A stretch of DNA of 64,000 nucleotides from assembly GCA_963724485.1 (NCBI GenBank), contig CAVRUW010000008.1, forward strand, positions 78,931-142,930, read 5' to 3'. The notes beneath the pieces were generated by a model. That model was given only the letters and a program-made list of their open reading frames with translations, was not told the DNA's origin and did no database searches. Source of the DNA: an uncultured Acidobacteriota bacterium. Lineage in GTDB: Bacteria; Acidobacteriota; Vicinamibacteria; Vicinamibacterales; UBA2999. The position numbers were made by a program, and so were the translations under genes. Positions 50,906 through 59,788 of the stretch are shown here, piece by piece. Position 1 is the stretch's first letter, and every line of letters starts with the position of its first letter.

Positions 50906-52321
50906 TCAGACAAGATCGAGCTCTCCAAAGCGTCGTTGATGTTGGTCGAACCACTTGCCCAGCCTGCGATAGTGATCCGCCTTGGCTCCCGCGTCCGGTG
51001 GCATGACGCCAAACACCGCCGCGCACACCTCAGGATTTTCGAAAGCTCCGTGCAAATAGGTACCAATCACGCGATTTGCCCAGATGCCATCCTCGCTGCC
51101 GTCCCTCAGCCTGGCAAACGGTGTGGTGCGCGCGGATGGGTCGAGCGTCGTCACGCCCAAGTGAATCTCGTAAGCGCCAAAGTCCTGGCCGGTGACGAGT
51201 TTCGCAGCAACGGCCTTCGTCATCTTTTTGGACGTGAGTACAGTCGCGGCGGGAATCAGCTGAAGGCCGTCGACGTGCGGGGCTGAGCCCTCGACGCCGG
51301 TCGGATCCTCGATGCAATCCCCGAGCATTTGATAGCCGCCGCAGATCCCGATGATCGTCGCACCGGCTCTATGGCGCGCCGTGACCCAATCCGCCAGTCC
51401 CTGGGCGCGAAGCCATTCAACGTCGGCGATCGTGTTCTTGCTGCCGGGCAGGATGATGAAATCGAATCGGTCCGATGTGGGCGCGCTGACCCAGTCGGCC
51501 CACGTCAGCAGCCGGAAATCTGTCGCATTCGACAGATGGGGCAGTCGAACGATTGCGATTCGCGCCCCCGCTGGCGGCGTCGTTCGTCGGCGTGTCTCCA
51601 ACGCCAAACTGTCTTCGGCATCGAGATGGATATCGTCGGCGTACGGAAACACGCCAAAGCATCGCGACGCGGTCAGCGCTTCCAGCGCCGGGACACCATC
51701 GTCGAACAGCGAAACGTCCCCGCGGAACTTGTTGATCATGAAGCCGCGAAACAGCGCGCGTTCCTCAGCCCTGAGCAGGTGTGTTGTGCCCACGATCGAC
51801 GCGAAGACACCGCCCCGCTCGATGTCGGCGACCAACAGCCAGGGCGCGTGCAGGGAGGTGGCCAGCCACAAGTTCACCACGTCATGCTGGCGCAGGTTCA
51901 GCTCGGAAACACTGCCGGCGCCCTCGATGACCACGACGTCGAACCGGCTTGCCAGATCGTGATAGGCCTCCAGCACCTTTGCCCGCAATACGTCCGTGCA
52001 CCGGTAGTATTCGCGAGCGCTGAGCGTGTTCCACACCTGTCCGTGGACCACGACCTGGCTGACACCATGACCGCTCGGCTTCAGCAGGATTGGATTCATC
52101 GCGGGCTCGGGTTCGAGCCCACAGGCTTCGGCCTGCGCCACCTGCGCGCGGCCGATCTCGCCTCCGGCGGCGCACGGATACGAGTTGTTCGACATGTTCT
52201 GCGCCTTGAAAGGAGCGACCGAGACCCCCCGATTGCGGAGCCAGGCGCAGATGGCCGTGACCATCCAGCTCTTGCCGGCGTTGGAACATGTACCGCCAAT
52301 GAAGATCGGGCGGGCACTCAT
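50906..52321 (-). CDS. cobQ: Cobyric acid synthase CobQ/CbiP
   Basis: MSARPIFIGGTCSNAGKSWMVTAICAWL...APFKAQNMSNNS...NPILLKP...VVIEGAGS...GICGGYQMLG...YLHG. ATGA overlap with the upstream gene. Confidence 0.9.
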   Translation of the reverse strand: MSARPIFIGGTCSNAGKSWMVTAICAWLRNRGVSVAPFKAQNMSNNSYPCAAGGEIGRAQVAQAEACGLEPEPAMNPILLKPSGHGVSQVVVHGQVWNTLSAREYYRCTDVLRAKVLEAYHDLASRFDVVVIEGAGSVSELNLRQHDVVNLWLATSLHAPWLLVADIERGGVFASIVGTTHLLRAEERALFRGFMINKFRGDVSLFDDGVPALEALTASRCFGVFPYADDIHLDAEDSLALETRRRTTPPAGARIAIVRLPHLSNATDFRLLTWADWVSAPTSDRFDFIILPGSKNTIADVEWLRAQGLADWVTARHRAGATIIGICGGYQMLGDCIEDPTGVEGSAPHVDGLQLIPAATVLTSKKMTKAVAAKLVTGQDFGAYEIHLGVTTLDPSARTTPFARLRDGSEDGIWANRVIGTYLHGAFENPEVCAAVFGVMPPDAGAKADHYRRLGKWFDQHQRRFGELDLV

Positions 52322-53178
52322 TCGTGCCCTCGTGACCCAACGACGCCATCGATCTGCCGCCGCATCCAAGCGAGGTTGCGTGCGAGCCGGTCTTCCTGAG
52401 ACACCAGCGGGCAACTTGCGCACAGCTCGCCCGCGGGTAACAAATAGAATCGGCAGCAACTGGCGCGACGCTGATAGACGTGGGTCGCGTCGCGGTAACT
52501 CACCGTATGCACCTGCGGTCTCATCAGCGCGACCAGGTCGTCGCCCGCAAAAAATTGCTGCAGCTCGGGCAACACGCCGCTCTGATCGGACCCCGCTGCC
52601 GACAGGGTGATGAGATGTGCGGCCCACGACGAGGTCAACATCCCCCAGGTCCCGCGCGGGGCGAAGCCGGACCAGACGTGGAGCGCTTCCACGACAGGAG
52701 CCGCCTGCGCGATCAACTCACGCCGCAGGCTTTGCAACAACGCGCCTCGATCGGGCACGCACCGGACGCCTGGATATTCCGCCCCGTGGTCGCCGTCGAT
52801 CAGAACGCCGCGTGGCTCATGAATTGCGGTGCGCTCGAAGAATGTCGATGCCTTGAACTTCAAGGACACGTTCTCCAACGAGATATCAGGCACGCAGCCG
52901 TATTTCACGTACGGTGCGATGGCCATTGCAGAAGCCCAGCCAAATCTCAACGCATACAGGGCGGCGATTGTCCGGCGATCGGTCGTCTCGAGCCGCGCGC
53001 CGATGCGCAACAGCAACGCGTTGAGTGGTCCCGACGTTGCGTTGGACAGCTCGCTGCCGACGATCCATCCATCGCCCCATTCCGGCCGGCCGAGCTCCAC
53101 GTTCCAGCTCGCGTTGAGGCGCTTCAAGCCTTCGAAGGCACGGGCGATCGGTGACGTGTGTTGGCCGGCCAGGCTCAT
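52318..53178 (-). CDS. FhuF-family (siderophore-iron-reductase-like) 2Fe-2S protein
   Basis: The C-terminus ...RRASCCRFYLLPAGELCASCPL gives C-C-x10-C-x2-C, the FhuF cluster motif. Both ends have ATGA overlaps (permease stop, cobQ start). Confidence 0.75.
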   Translation of the reverse strand: MSLAGQHTSPIARAFEGLKRLNASWNVELGRPEWGDGWIVGSELSNATSGPLNALLLRIGARLETTDRRTIAALYALRFGWASAMAIAPYVKYGCVPDISLENVSLKFKASTFFERTAIHEPRGVLIDGDHGAEYPGVRCVPDRGALLQSLRRELIAQAAPVVEALHVWSGFAPRGTWGMLTSSWAAHLITLSAAGSDQSGVLPELQQFFAGDDLVALMRPQVHTVSYRDATHVYQRRASCCRFYLLPAGELCASCPLVSQEDRLARNLAWMRRQIDGVVGSRGHE

Positions 53179-54167
53179 CGGGTCGCGCCCTTCCGAACCA
53201 GCCAGATCAAGTGCGGTCCGCCGATGACGGCCGTGATCGCACCCGCTGGGATTTCCGCCGGCGCGAGCATGACACGGCCCAGCGCGTCACAGGATGCCAG
53301 CAACGCGCCGCCCGCGAGGAATGCGCAGGGCATGACGATCCGATCGTCGCCGCCCACGCGCGACCGCAGCAAATGCGGTACGACCAGACCTACGAAACCA
53401 ATCGGGCCGGTCAGCGCGACCGTCGTCGCGGCGAGCACCGATCCCGCGACGTAGCCGGCAACCAACGACTGCGTCACATGCGCGCCGCGTGTCGCGGCCC
53501 ACGCTTCTCCCACAGCCAGCAAGTTCCAGCGTCGCGCCTGGCGGATGACGAGGACGCTCATCGTCAGCACAATCGCTACATAGATGGTGAGCGTGGAGTA
53601 CTCAATGGCGTCGAGACTGCCGATCAACCACCGCGAGATCGCAAAGGAGTGGGACACGCCGCTGAGGCCGTGGACCAGGAGAATGAGCGCCCCGCAGATG
53701 CTGTTGATCGCGATGCCGGCCAGAAGCAGTCCGGAGACGGAAACCTGCCGATCTCTGCGCGCAGCGCCCATGACGAGGAGCAACACCAGGGCCGCGCCGG
53801 CGAGCGCGCCGATCCACACTCCGGTCACGCCCAACATCGTGTGGAGGTCCGCCGCAATCGCGAGTACGGCACCCAGCGATGCGCCGGTCGATACACCAAG
53901 CGTGTACGGCGTAGCCAGCGCATCGCGCAGCATCGACTGAAACAGGCTCCCAGCGAGCGCCAGCGCCCCACCCGCAAACAGTCCCAGCAGCGTCCGTGAG
54001 AGACGCAACTGCGTGAGGATCGACCAGTCAGGCTCCTGCCGATGCCAGACAGCGGCCAGATCGAGGGGCGACGGACCAATGAACGGCAGGACGATCGCCG
54101 CGGTGACGAACAACGTGGCCGATCCGCCCAGCCAGACCGCGAGTGACCGGTGTGTGACCGGAGTCAT
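53175..54167 (-). CDS. FecCD/BtuC-family ABC importer permease
   Basis: ...TLLGLFAGGALALAGSLFQSMLRDALATPYTLGVSTGASLGAV...GPIGFVGLVVPHLLR...AITAVIGGPHLIWLV. Confidence 0.9.
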   Translation of the reverse strand: MTPVTHRSLAVWLGGSATLFVTAAIVLPFIGPSPLDLAAVWHRQEPDWSILTQLRLSRTLLGLFAGGALALAGSLFQSMLRDALATPYTLGVSTGASLGAVLAIAADLHTMLGVTGVWIGALAGAALVLLLVMGAARRDRQVSVSGLLLAGIAINSICGALILLVHGLSGVSHSFAISRWLIGSLDAIEYSTLTIYVAIVLTMSVLVIRQARRWNLLAVGEAWAATRGAHVTQSLVAGYVAGSVLAATTVALTGPIGFVGLVVPHLLRSRVGGDDRIVMPCAFLAGGALLASCDALGRVMLAPAEIPAGAITAVIGGPHLIWLVRKGATR

Positions 54168-54934
54168 CTGTAGCCGACCCAAGCACCAGCCGCCGGGCTG
54201 TGTTCGACCCGCAGTCGATCCGAAAAGACACGCAACCACGACGGGTCGTCGAGGGCGGCGCCAGCCCGCACGTCGAGCACCACACGGCGATCCGCGAGCA
54301 CGACCAGCCGGCTGCAAAACGTGAGCGCGAGGTTGATGTCATGCGTGACGGCAAGGCACGCCGTACCGCGACTGGCTTCGTCACGGAGCAGTGTGAAGCA
54401 GTGCAGCTGTTGATCGATGTCAAGGAACGTCGTCGGCTCGTCCAGCAGCAACAGCTGCGGTCGCTGCGCGAGGCACGCGGCAAGGTACACGCGCTGGCGC
54501 TCTCCGCCGCTCAAGGTGCCGAGCGTCCGGTCACGATACTGCAAGCAATCGCACCGCTGCATCGCCGCACTCGCGATCTCGCGATCCTCTGCTAACTCGA
54601 ACCATTGTGATGCGTGCGCATAGCGGCCCATGAGGACCAGCGCTTCCGCGCGCATCGCCAGATCGGCACGGAGGCTTTGCGGGAGATGCGCAACGACACG
54701 TGCGCGTTCGTCGGCGCTCCAGGAGCGTAGCGGTCGATTGTGAATGAGGACCTCGCCGGCGCTGGGCCGTCTCAGGCCGCCGATGATATCCAGCAAGGTG
54801 CTCTTGCCGGCGCCGTTCCGGCCCATGATGGCGACGAATTCACCCGCCGCGACATCGAGCCCGACGCCGCGCAGGATTTCGGTTGAACCCGCTTGCCAGC
54901 TCACGCTACGGACCCGGAGGAGACCCTCGCTCAT
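54164..54934 (-). CDS. ABC importer ATP-binding protein (BtuD/FhuC/FecE type)
   Basis: GRNGAGKSTLL Walker A, LSGGERQRV signature, LLLLDEPT Walker B. ATGA overlaps at both ends. Confidence 0.9.
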   Translation of the reverse strand: MSEGLLRVRSVSWQAGSTEILRGVGLDVAAGEFVAIMGRNGAGKSTLLDIIGGLRRPSAGEVLIHNRPLRSWSADERARVVAHLPQSLRADLAMRAEALVLMGRYAHASQWFELAEDREIASAAMQRCDCLQYRDRTLGTLSGGERQRVYLAACLAQRPQLLLLDEPTTFLDIDQQLHCFTLLRDEASRGTACLAVTHDINLALTFCSRLVVLADRRVVLDVRAGAALDDPSWLRVFSDRLRVEHSPAAGAWVGYR

Positions 54935-55833
54935 GGAAAGCGCACCCCGTGAAGCCACGTCGCCATCAGCTCCGCGATGTCGACCATCCGCGGGCCGGGC
55001 ACGACGAATGCGTCGTCGGTGGTCACGTGCACCGCGCCGTCACGCACCGCCTTGACGAGAGTCTGACCCTGCCAGAGACGTGCGGTGATCGCCCGCCGGC
55101 GATCCGAGTCGGCCGGCGACTCTCCCATCTCACCGACGTCGATGAGGACATCGGGCGCGACGCTGATGATCGTCTCCATCGAGATACGGGGATATTGAGT
55201 TGTCGTGTCGAGCGCATTCACGCCGCCGGCGAAGGCCGCAAGGTCGCTCAAGTACGAGCCGCGGCCGACCGCCACGATATCGGTGAGTGTGCCGGTCCGA
55301 CGCCCGACGATGATCAGGATCTTGCGAGTCGGGCGTCCCGCCACGGCCGCCTTCACGCGATCGAGCCTGGTGTTGATCTCGGTTACAAGCCGCTCGGCGC
55401 GGTCGGACACACCGGCTGCGGCCCCAATGCCGCGGATTGTGGTGAAGACGGCGGCCAACGAACCGGGTTCGACCGTCGCGGTTTTGATCCCGACCGATGC
55501 GAGCTGCGAGCCAATCGAATTTAGTCCAGTGTGGACGAAGACGAGGTCGGGTTTGAGTCGCGCGATGATCTCGGCGTCGGGCTTCAGGAACGTGCCGACC
55601 CTCGGCAGCTTCTCGACAGCAGCCGGAAAACGGCAGAAATTCGAGACGCCCACGACACTATCGCCGAGACCGAGGGCGAAGAGCGTCTCGGTGATGTTCG
55701 GCGAGGTGGACACAATTCTCGCCGGGGCAGACGACTGCCCTTGGAGGCCCGCGCCGCAAGCCACCAGCGCGAGTGCGACGAGGAGCTGCAGCCGGCGCGC
55801 CCACCTTCGCGCGCCGGCCGATGACGTCACCAT
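54931..55833 (-). CDS. Periplasmic binding protein, Peripla_BP_2 (BtuF/FhuD-like)
   Basis: RIVSTSPNITETLFALGLGDSVVGVSNFCRFP...LPRVGTFLKPDAEIIARLKPDLVFV... Confidence 0.85.
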   Translation of the reverse strand: MVTSSAGARRWARRLQLLVALALVACGAGLQGQSSAPARIVSTSPNITETLFALGLGDSVVGVSNFCRFPAAVEKLPRVGTFLKPDAEIIARLKPDLVFVHTGLNSIGSQLASVGIKTATVEPGSLAAVFTTIRGIGAAAGVSDRAERLVTEINTRLDRVKAAVAGRPTRKILIIVGRRTGTLTDIVAVGRGSYLSDLAAFAGGVNALDTTTQYPRISMETIISVAPDVLIDVGEMGESPADSDRRRAITARLWQGQTLVKAVRDGAVHVTTDDAFVVPGPRMVDIAELMATWLHGVRFP

Positions 55834-56408
55834 GCGCGCGAGAAGCGGTTCCCTTGTTTCCCTGTCACGCCGCGCAGTGAGCCGCTGACACCTGCATCGT
55901 GCTCGAGTTTGCGCCCCAGCAGCCACAAGAGATCCGACAAGCGGTTCACGTACGCCAGAATGCCTGGCTGGACGACCGTACCGGCTTCCTGCAGGCGGAC
56001 GAGCGCGCGCTCCGCGCGGCGACAGACGGTGCGTGCGACGTCGTAGGCCGCCGCAGCGCTATGCTCGCCAGCGATCGACCAGTCGCCAAGAACGCCCTCA
56101 ATCGCTTCGATGCGGTGGACTTCCGCCGTTAGACGATCGACGAGGCCCGGTTCGATGATCACCTGTGGTTTCGGGCTCTCGGGCGGCGTTGCCAGCGACG
56201 ATCCGATCTTGAACAAGTCCTGCTGGATGGTCTTCGTCAGCGCGGCGATATCCGCATCGTCACAAATGGATCGCGCAAAGCCCATCGTAGAATTCAGCTC
56301 GTCGATGGTGCCGTAAGTCTCAACCCGGATCGACGCCTTCGATACGCGCACACCGCCCGCGAGGCTGGTTTCGCCCTCATCACCTCGCATGGTGCTGATG
56401 CTTCTCAT
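55827..56408 (-). CDS. ATP:cob(I)alamin adenosyltransferase, PduO type
   Basis: STMRGDEGETSLAGG...VETYGTIDELNS...IQQDLFKIGS...RTVCRRAER...YVNRLSDLLWLL. Confidence 0.9.
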   Translation of the reverse strand: MRSISTMRGDEGETSLAGGVRVSKASIRVETYGTIDELNSTMGFARSICDDADIAALTKTIQQDLFKIGSSLATPPESPKPQVIIEPGLVDRLTAEVHRIEAIEGVLGDWSIAGEHSAAAAYDVARTVCRRAERALVRLQEAGTVVQPGILAYVNRLSDLLWLLGRKLEHDAGVSGSLRGVTGKQGNRFSRAW

Positions 56409-56479
56409 ACGATTGTCCTTTCACTTGAAAACTGGTCCGTGCGTCGACACAACGACAGCGAGCTGCTTCTGGGCCATGA

Positions 56480-58783
56480 CTAGAAGCCGAGGCGATACGA
56501 CAGCTTGAACGACGCGCCTTGGAGCGGGAAGCCCAGCTTTTCGTAATAGAACGTGTCGAAGACGTTGTTGATCGCGAGCGTGACGGCGTGCGGACGCGCC
56601 AGCCGGAAGGTGAGCGCGGCGTCGACCACCGTGAAGTCGTCGTAGTCGATGATCGGAAAGCCTGGCGCATTGAAGTTGTTGTCCTTGCGCCCTTGGACAT
56701 ACCGCCCCGAGACCCGGCTGCTGATCCGGCCGTAGTCGAAGTCGACACCCGCGCGCACGGTGTTGCTCGGGACGTTCAGAATGTCCTGCTCGGAGCCGTT
56801 CGCCAGCCGTTCTTTGCGGTTGAAGTAATGGGTGCTGTTGGCGAACACACCGACGTGACCACCAATGCGATGCTCCGCCTCGAGGTCGAGGCCGCTGATG
56901 TGCGCGTCCAAGCCGTTCGCGACGGAGACGATGATTGGCGCCGGCGGCGGCGGGTTGCTGATGACGACGTTGGAGATGAACCGGTCCTTGACCACCGTCC
57001 GAAACATGGTCACGTCAAACCGCGTGGTCCGAGAGCTCCAGTCGGTACCGACGTCGAAGGAGACGCTGCGTTCGGGCTCGAGGTCCGGGTTTCCCTGCGA
57101 GATTTGCGTGCGCCCGCTGACAACCGTGGTGGTGAACCCCGTCAGCATGATGGCCTCGGCGGGAACGAACGCTCGTCCAATGGCAAAGTGCGCCCGCAGA
57201 CCGCGCGTCAATTCCTGTTTGATGCCAAAGCTGGGATTGAAAATCGTAAACGTCGATTGCGACGGAGTGAAGTTTGTCTTGAACGGCGTCTCGAGCGTTT
57301 CTGTCGTGATGTGGTCCAGACGTCCGCCAGCCGCCACCACGGTTCGACCCTCTCGCAGCTTCAACGTGTTCTCGAGATAGATACCCGCAGTACGTTTGTT
57401 GTGGTCGGCTGAGAACGGTGCGGCGCGATCGCCGGTGCGCGTGTACGACCGGCTCAGGCTACTGACCTTCTCGTAGTCCAGGCCGATGACGAGGCCGTTC
57501 TGCCGCGACCACTGCCACGAATCCTTGATCTGTGCTCCGACCCATTCGAGATCGCTCTCGAACGACAAGTAGGGCAGAAACGGCCCATCGAGGGGATTCG
57601 TCGATGTCACGTTCGTCGTGTGACTGACATCACGCGCACGGTAACCCAGGAGCGACACCGCATGCGCGCCGACCTGACCGGCCAGGCCCACGTCCTGGGT
57701 CGATCGCTCGATGTCCTTGCTGCCTTGCGAGTTCACACCGTTGAAGAGATCCCCCGGCGTCATGATGTCCCGCCCGCGGTAGCCGTTGGCGCGGCCATCG
57801 ATCCGCCACGCGGCCGATAGGTCTACGCCGAGGCGGACGGTGCCGTCGTACGTTTCATAGCTGGTTGCGGGCCGAATGTCTCCATTGCCCATGCGGAGAT
57901 TGCCGCGCTGATCGAATGCGCTTCCGCTCAAATCGAAATCGACACGCCTGGAGACATTGCCGCCGATGCGGCCGGCGAAGTCAGACGTGCTGAAGCTGCC
58001 GCCGCCAGCGCGCAGATTGCCGTTGATCTTCCCGCGTGAACGTCGGGTGATGACGTTGACGACACCACCCATCGCGGAGGAACCGTAGACGGAGGACGCC
58101 GCGCCCTTCAGCACTTCGATTCGCTCGACATCCTCGAGAAGCAAGGTCGCGAGATTGGTCACGCCAGAGGGACGGCCGTCGATGAGCAGCAGCGATCGCT
58201 TGTTGATCCCCCCGGTCTGCGGCCGGAAGCCGCGGATCCCGATGCCCGAGAGCACGCCGCTGTACTGCACGACGTCAACGCCTGCATTCTTCTTCAAGAC
58301 GTCGGTGAGATCGGACGCTACCGTGCGCTCGATGTCTGTCGCATCGATCACCTCAATTTTTTGGGGTGTTTCGGCCAGCCGCGTCTCGGCGCGCCGGGCG
58401 GTGACGACAACGGTTTCCGCCAAGCCGGCCGGTTTCAGAATCACGCGGAGTGGTGTGTCCGATGGCGCTGTCACTTCGACGGAGAACGGCGCAAAGAGAT
58501 TCATCTCGACCAGGACGATGTACGTCCCTGGCGCCAGATTGCGAAACGAAAACGTCCCACCTGCATCGGTGGTGGTGGTTTGAGCGCCAGCGCCACGAAG
58601 GTCGGTGGCGATTACGCGTGCGCCTGGGATGACCGACCCCGCGTCGTCGACAACGATGCCGGTGAGCGCGGGCGTGGACGGCTGCGCGACTGCGTTGCCG
58701 CTCATGACGGCTATGCAGACGGGGAGTGTGAGAAGAAGAATCGAAAGCGATCGGAACGATCGTCGGGTGATGCGACCAGCCAT
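56480..58783 (-). CDS. TonB-dependent receptor with a CarboxypepD_reg-like N-domain. It is BtuB-like by context, as the first gene behind a cobalamin riboswitch.
   Basis: Signal peptide, LTGIVVDDAGSVIPGARV...GTYIVLV, a plug (IEVIDATDIERT...IRGF...LIDGRP), a 22-strand-size barrel, and a terminal ...KLSYRLGF. Confidence 0.9.
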   Translation of the reverse strand: MAGRITRRSFRSLSILLLTLPVCIAVMSGNAVAQPSTPALTGIVVDDAGSVIPGARVIATDLRGAGAQTTTTDAGGTFSFRNLAPGTYIVLVEMNLFAPFSVEVTAPSDTPLRVILKPAGLAETVVVTARRAETRLAETPQKIEVIDATDIERTVASDLTDVLKKNAGVDVVQYSGVLSGIGIRGFRPQTGGINKRSLLLIDGRPSGVTNLATLLLEDVERIEVLKGAASSVYGSSAMGGVVNVITRRSRGKINGNLRAGGGSFSTSDFAGRIGGNVSRRVDFDLSGSAFDQRGNLRMGNGDIRPATSYETYDGTVRLGVDLSAAWRIDGRANGYRGRDIMTPGDLFNGVNSQGSKDIERSTQDVGLAGQVGAHAVSLLGYRARDVSHTTNVTSTNPLDGPFLPYLSFESDLEWVGAQIKDSWQWSRQNGLVIGLDYEKVSSLSRSYTRTGDRAAPFSADHNKRTAGIYLENTLKLREGRTVVAAGGRLDHITTETLETPFKTNFTPSQSTFTIFNPSFGIKQELTRGLRAHFAIGRAFVPAEAIMLTGFTTTVVSGRTQISQGNPDLEPERSVSFDVGTDWSSRTTRFDVTMFRTVVKDRFISNVVISNPPPPAPIIVSVANGLDAHISGLDLEAEHRIGGHVGVFANSTHYFNRKERLANGSEQDILNVPSNTVRAGVDFDYGRISSRVSGRYVQGRKDNNFNAPGFPIIDYDDFTVVDAALTFRLARPHAVTLAINNVFDTFYYEKLGFPLQGASFKLSYRLGF

Positions 58784-58908
58784 AGCGTTGCCTCCGCGAG
58801 CAGGCGGCAGACATACGCGGCTTCAAGGGCGTGCGTGGAAGGACGGCAGGGACGCCGAGGGTTCCAGTGCAGCTTTCTGTCGCCGCAGAAAGTCGACCGC
58901 CGATCACC

Positions 58909-59089
58909 CCTGGGTAGGTCTCCTGGCTCGGAAGGTCGCAAATCGCGATGGTTGCGATTCGCTGGCCGCTTCACCTTCCCCGGCTCGAGGCCGAGTGGCA
59001 ATTGAAGCGACGCGCCTTCACTCACAGTGGCGGGACCGCGCCGGATTTACACCGGACTTCCCCGTTATGCCCCTCGTGGGCACCCAAGG
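58909..59089 (-). promoter_or_regulatory. Cobalamin (B12) riboswitch
   Basis: The minus strand reads ...GGUGCCCACGAGGGGCAUAACGGGGAAGUCCGGUGUAAAUCCGGCGCGGUCCCGCCACUGU...GGGAAGGUGAAGCGGCC...GAGCCAGGAGACCUACCCAGG. The conserved core GGGAA..GGUG.AAAUCC..GC.G.CCCGCCACUG and the B12 box AGCCAGGAGACCU are both present. Confidence 0.85.
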
Positions 59090-59191
59090 CAGACGGCGAT
59101 CCTAGCACAAGCCACACATCCCTATGGCCAAGGGAGAACGTTCGTCACATTCTTTTTTTCCGGTTGCAGGACGCTGCTACGCTCACCGCAC

Positions 59192-59758
59192 GTGACTAGA
59201 ACAACCGTACTGGTGATCGTTTGCGCGCTGTACGGTACGGGACTCGCGCAAGCGCAAGACGACGTATCGGCCCGCATGCAGCTCTGGTCGAAAGCCTTGG
59301 GCGTTCAGTGCACGCACTGCCATGTTGAGGGTCAATGGTCTGATGCGTCGAAGCCCACGTTCGAGTTCGCGCAAAGGATGATGCGGATGGTCGTCGGCCT
59401 CAACACCGGACCGCTGAACGGCGTTGGAGAAGTCACGTGCTGGACATGCCATCGCGGCCAATCGATTCCGCCACGCTTGCCGCGTGCATCCTGGGAGACG
59501 ATTCTCGCGGACCACCAAGCGGAGTTCGAAGGGCAGAAGAACCGTGGGCTGGCCATGAGTGTCTACGCGGCGTCGTTGGGCGTGACATGCGCACACTGTC
59601 ATGAGGACGGGGACAGGTCCGCCAACACCAAGGCGCCGAAAGCGATGGTGGCGAAGATGTCGCCAATCTTCGATGAAATCCCGAAGTACTTCGAGTCACG
59701 CAAGCCGGTGACGCAGTGCTATATGTGCCACCAGGGAAGTATCAAACCTGCAAGGTGA
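59192..59758 (+). CDS. Tetrahaem c-type cytochrome (photosynthetic-reaction-centre cytochrome c subunit-like family)
   Basis: Four CxxCH motifs (CTHCH, CWTCH, CAHCH, CYMCH) in 188 aa, behind signal peptide VTRTTVLVIVCALYGTGLAQA. The GTG start at 59192 was chosen because upstream ORF sequence overlaps the riboswitch. Confidence 0.8.
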   Translation: MTRTTVLVIVCALYGTGLAQAQDDVSARMQLWSKALGVQCTHCHVEGQWSDASKPTFEFAQRMMRMVVGLNTGPLNGVGEVTCWTCHRGQSIPPRLPRASWETILADHQAEFEGQKNRGLAMSVYAASLGVTCAHCHEDGDRSANTKAPKAMVAKMSPIFDEIPKYFESRKPVTQCYMCHQGSIKPAR

Positions 59759-59788
59759 ACAGCGCTCGGCGCGCGTGACTTGATCGCC

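Noticed and set aside
58874-58893. Hairpin between the riboswitch and the receptor gene, considered as an intrinsic terminator.
   Set aside because: The stem is 7 bp and no U-tract follows it, so I do not call it a terminator.
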